From the NCBI RefSeq assembly GCF_004010195.1, contig NC_057739.1:35972163-36036162 (forward strand): a DNA stretch of 64,000 nucleotides, read 5' to 3'. Source of the DNA: Chiloscyllium plagiosum (lineage: Eukaryota). Of the stretch, positions 63,275 through 64,000 are shown in pieces. Position 1 is the stretch's first letter. Each line of letters opens with the position of its first letter. Made by a program: the position numbers and the translations under genes. Below the pieces are notes generated by a model. It saw only the letters and a list, made by a program, of their open reading frames with translations, searched no databases and was not told where the DNA came from.

Positions 63275-63416
63275 GGTTGAATTTACAAAACTTGCTGCTG
63301 ACCATGCGGTTGTCAACCTAGGACAAGGATTTCCTGACTTCTCCCCTCCAAATATTGTAAAAGATGCTTTCACAAGGGCCATAAACGGTGACTTCAACCA
63401 GTATACCAGGGCTTCT
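63275..63416 (+). CDS. KYAT1: KYAT1-like coding exon, W-VEFTKLAADHAVVNLGQGFPDFSPPNIVKDAFTRAINGDFNQYTRAS
   Basis: Acceptor tttatttttag|, donor |gtgagt, 142 nt, phase-compatible with the previous exon. Contains the VNLGQGFPDF motif and NQY. FPDF, AF and GDF favour KYAT1 over KYAT3 (FPDI, EEL, DSL). Family is near certain, paralogue less so. The gene continues beyond the window. Confidence 0.9.
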
Positions 63417-64000
63417 GTGAGTATTTACTTTCAATAATATATCAAAACATAAGATTATCTGGTGCACTGCAGTTATTGAACTAACTTTGAAGAACAATTT
63501 TAGTATATTTTGATACTAACCACTTATCTTGAAGGGATACTCCCAAAAGACATTTGTTTGTCCTGCTGGATGACTGAATGTTCAGTATGGTAACAAAATG
63601 TGCAAGGTTATGGAATGCTGAATGTAAGTTCTAACAATCCTTTGACTTTTTCATTGAGCCAAATGATCATTAAAAATCTGTTCTGCAGAATTTTTTCAGT
63701 CGTGTTGATAATCATTCATACCAACATGTTGAAATGGCTATGAGTACCCCAACAAACAAGTTGGCGATGATGAATTAGAAAGAAGTAACCTCACCACCAC
63801 TTATCCTATCGGTAATGGCACTGTGCTGGATAATGTAGAGAAGATTCATAATCTGTTTTGAGTGTGTCTAGTGCATACTTACAGTTGGCCTGTGCAACTC
63901 TGAGCACAAGACATGTAAAATCACTTGCTTCATACTACTGTAGCAGAGGGGATTACCCTGTGTCTAAACAGAAGTCATGCCATTTTTACCAGTACATTAA

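Overview
Vertebrate nuclear DNA, very probably an elasmobranch (HE1-type tRNA SINEs with (AATCT)n tails, abundant CR1 and Penelope-like elements). The only host coding sequence I can support is the 5' end of a + strand kynurenine aminotransferase, most likely KYAT1/CCBL1: coding exons 61591-61649 and 63275-63416, plus a probable upstream mitochondrial-leader exon ending at 58750. A CpG-rich, apparently bidirectional promoter lies at about 53850-54460. A second transcript runs leftwards from it with no coding exon visible in the window; human synteny suggests LRRC8A, which is inference only. The left 53 kb is a layered transposon record. Its main points are: (1) an LTR retroelement with a tRNA-Ser PBS, inserted in a CR1 and later split by a 1.55-kb inversion whose breakpoints can be read to an 11-bp inverted repeat; (2) many Penelope-type fold-back insertions with minimal hammerhead ribozyme cores and 10-16 bp TSDs, two of which appear to have copied neighbouring host DNA; (3) two motif-rich minisatellites, a 26-bp B-box-like array and an E-box array beside the promoter. 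All identifications are by eye; no database searches were run.
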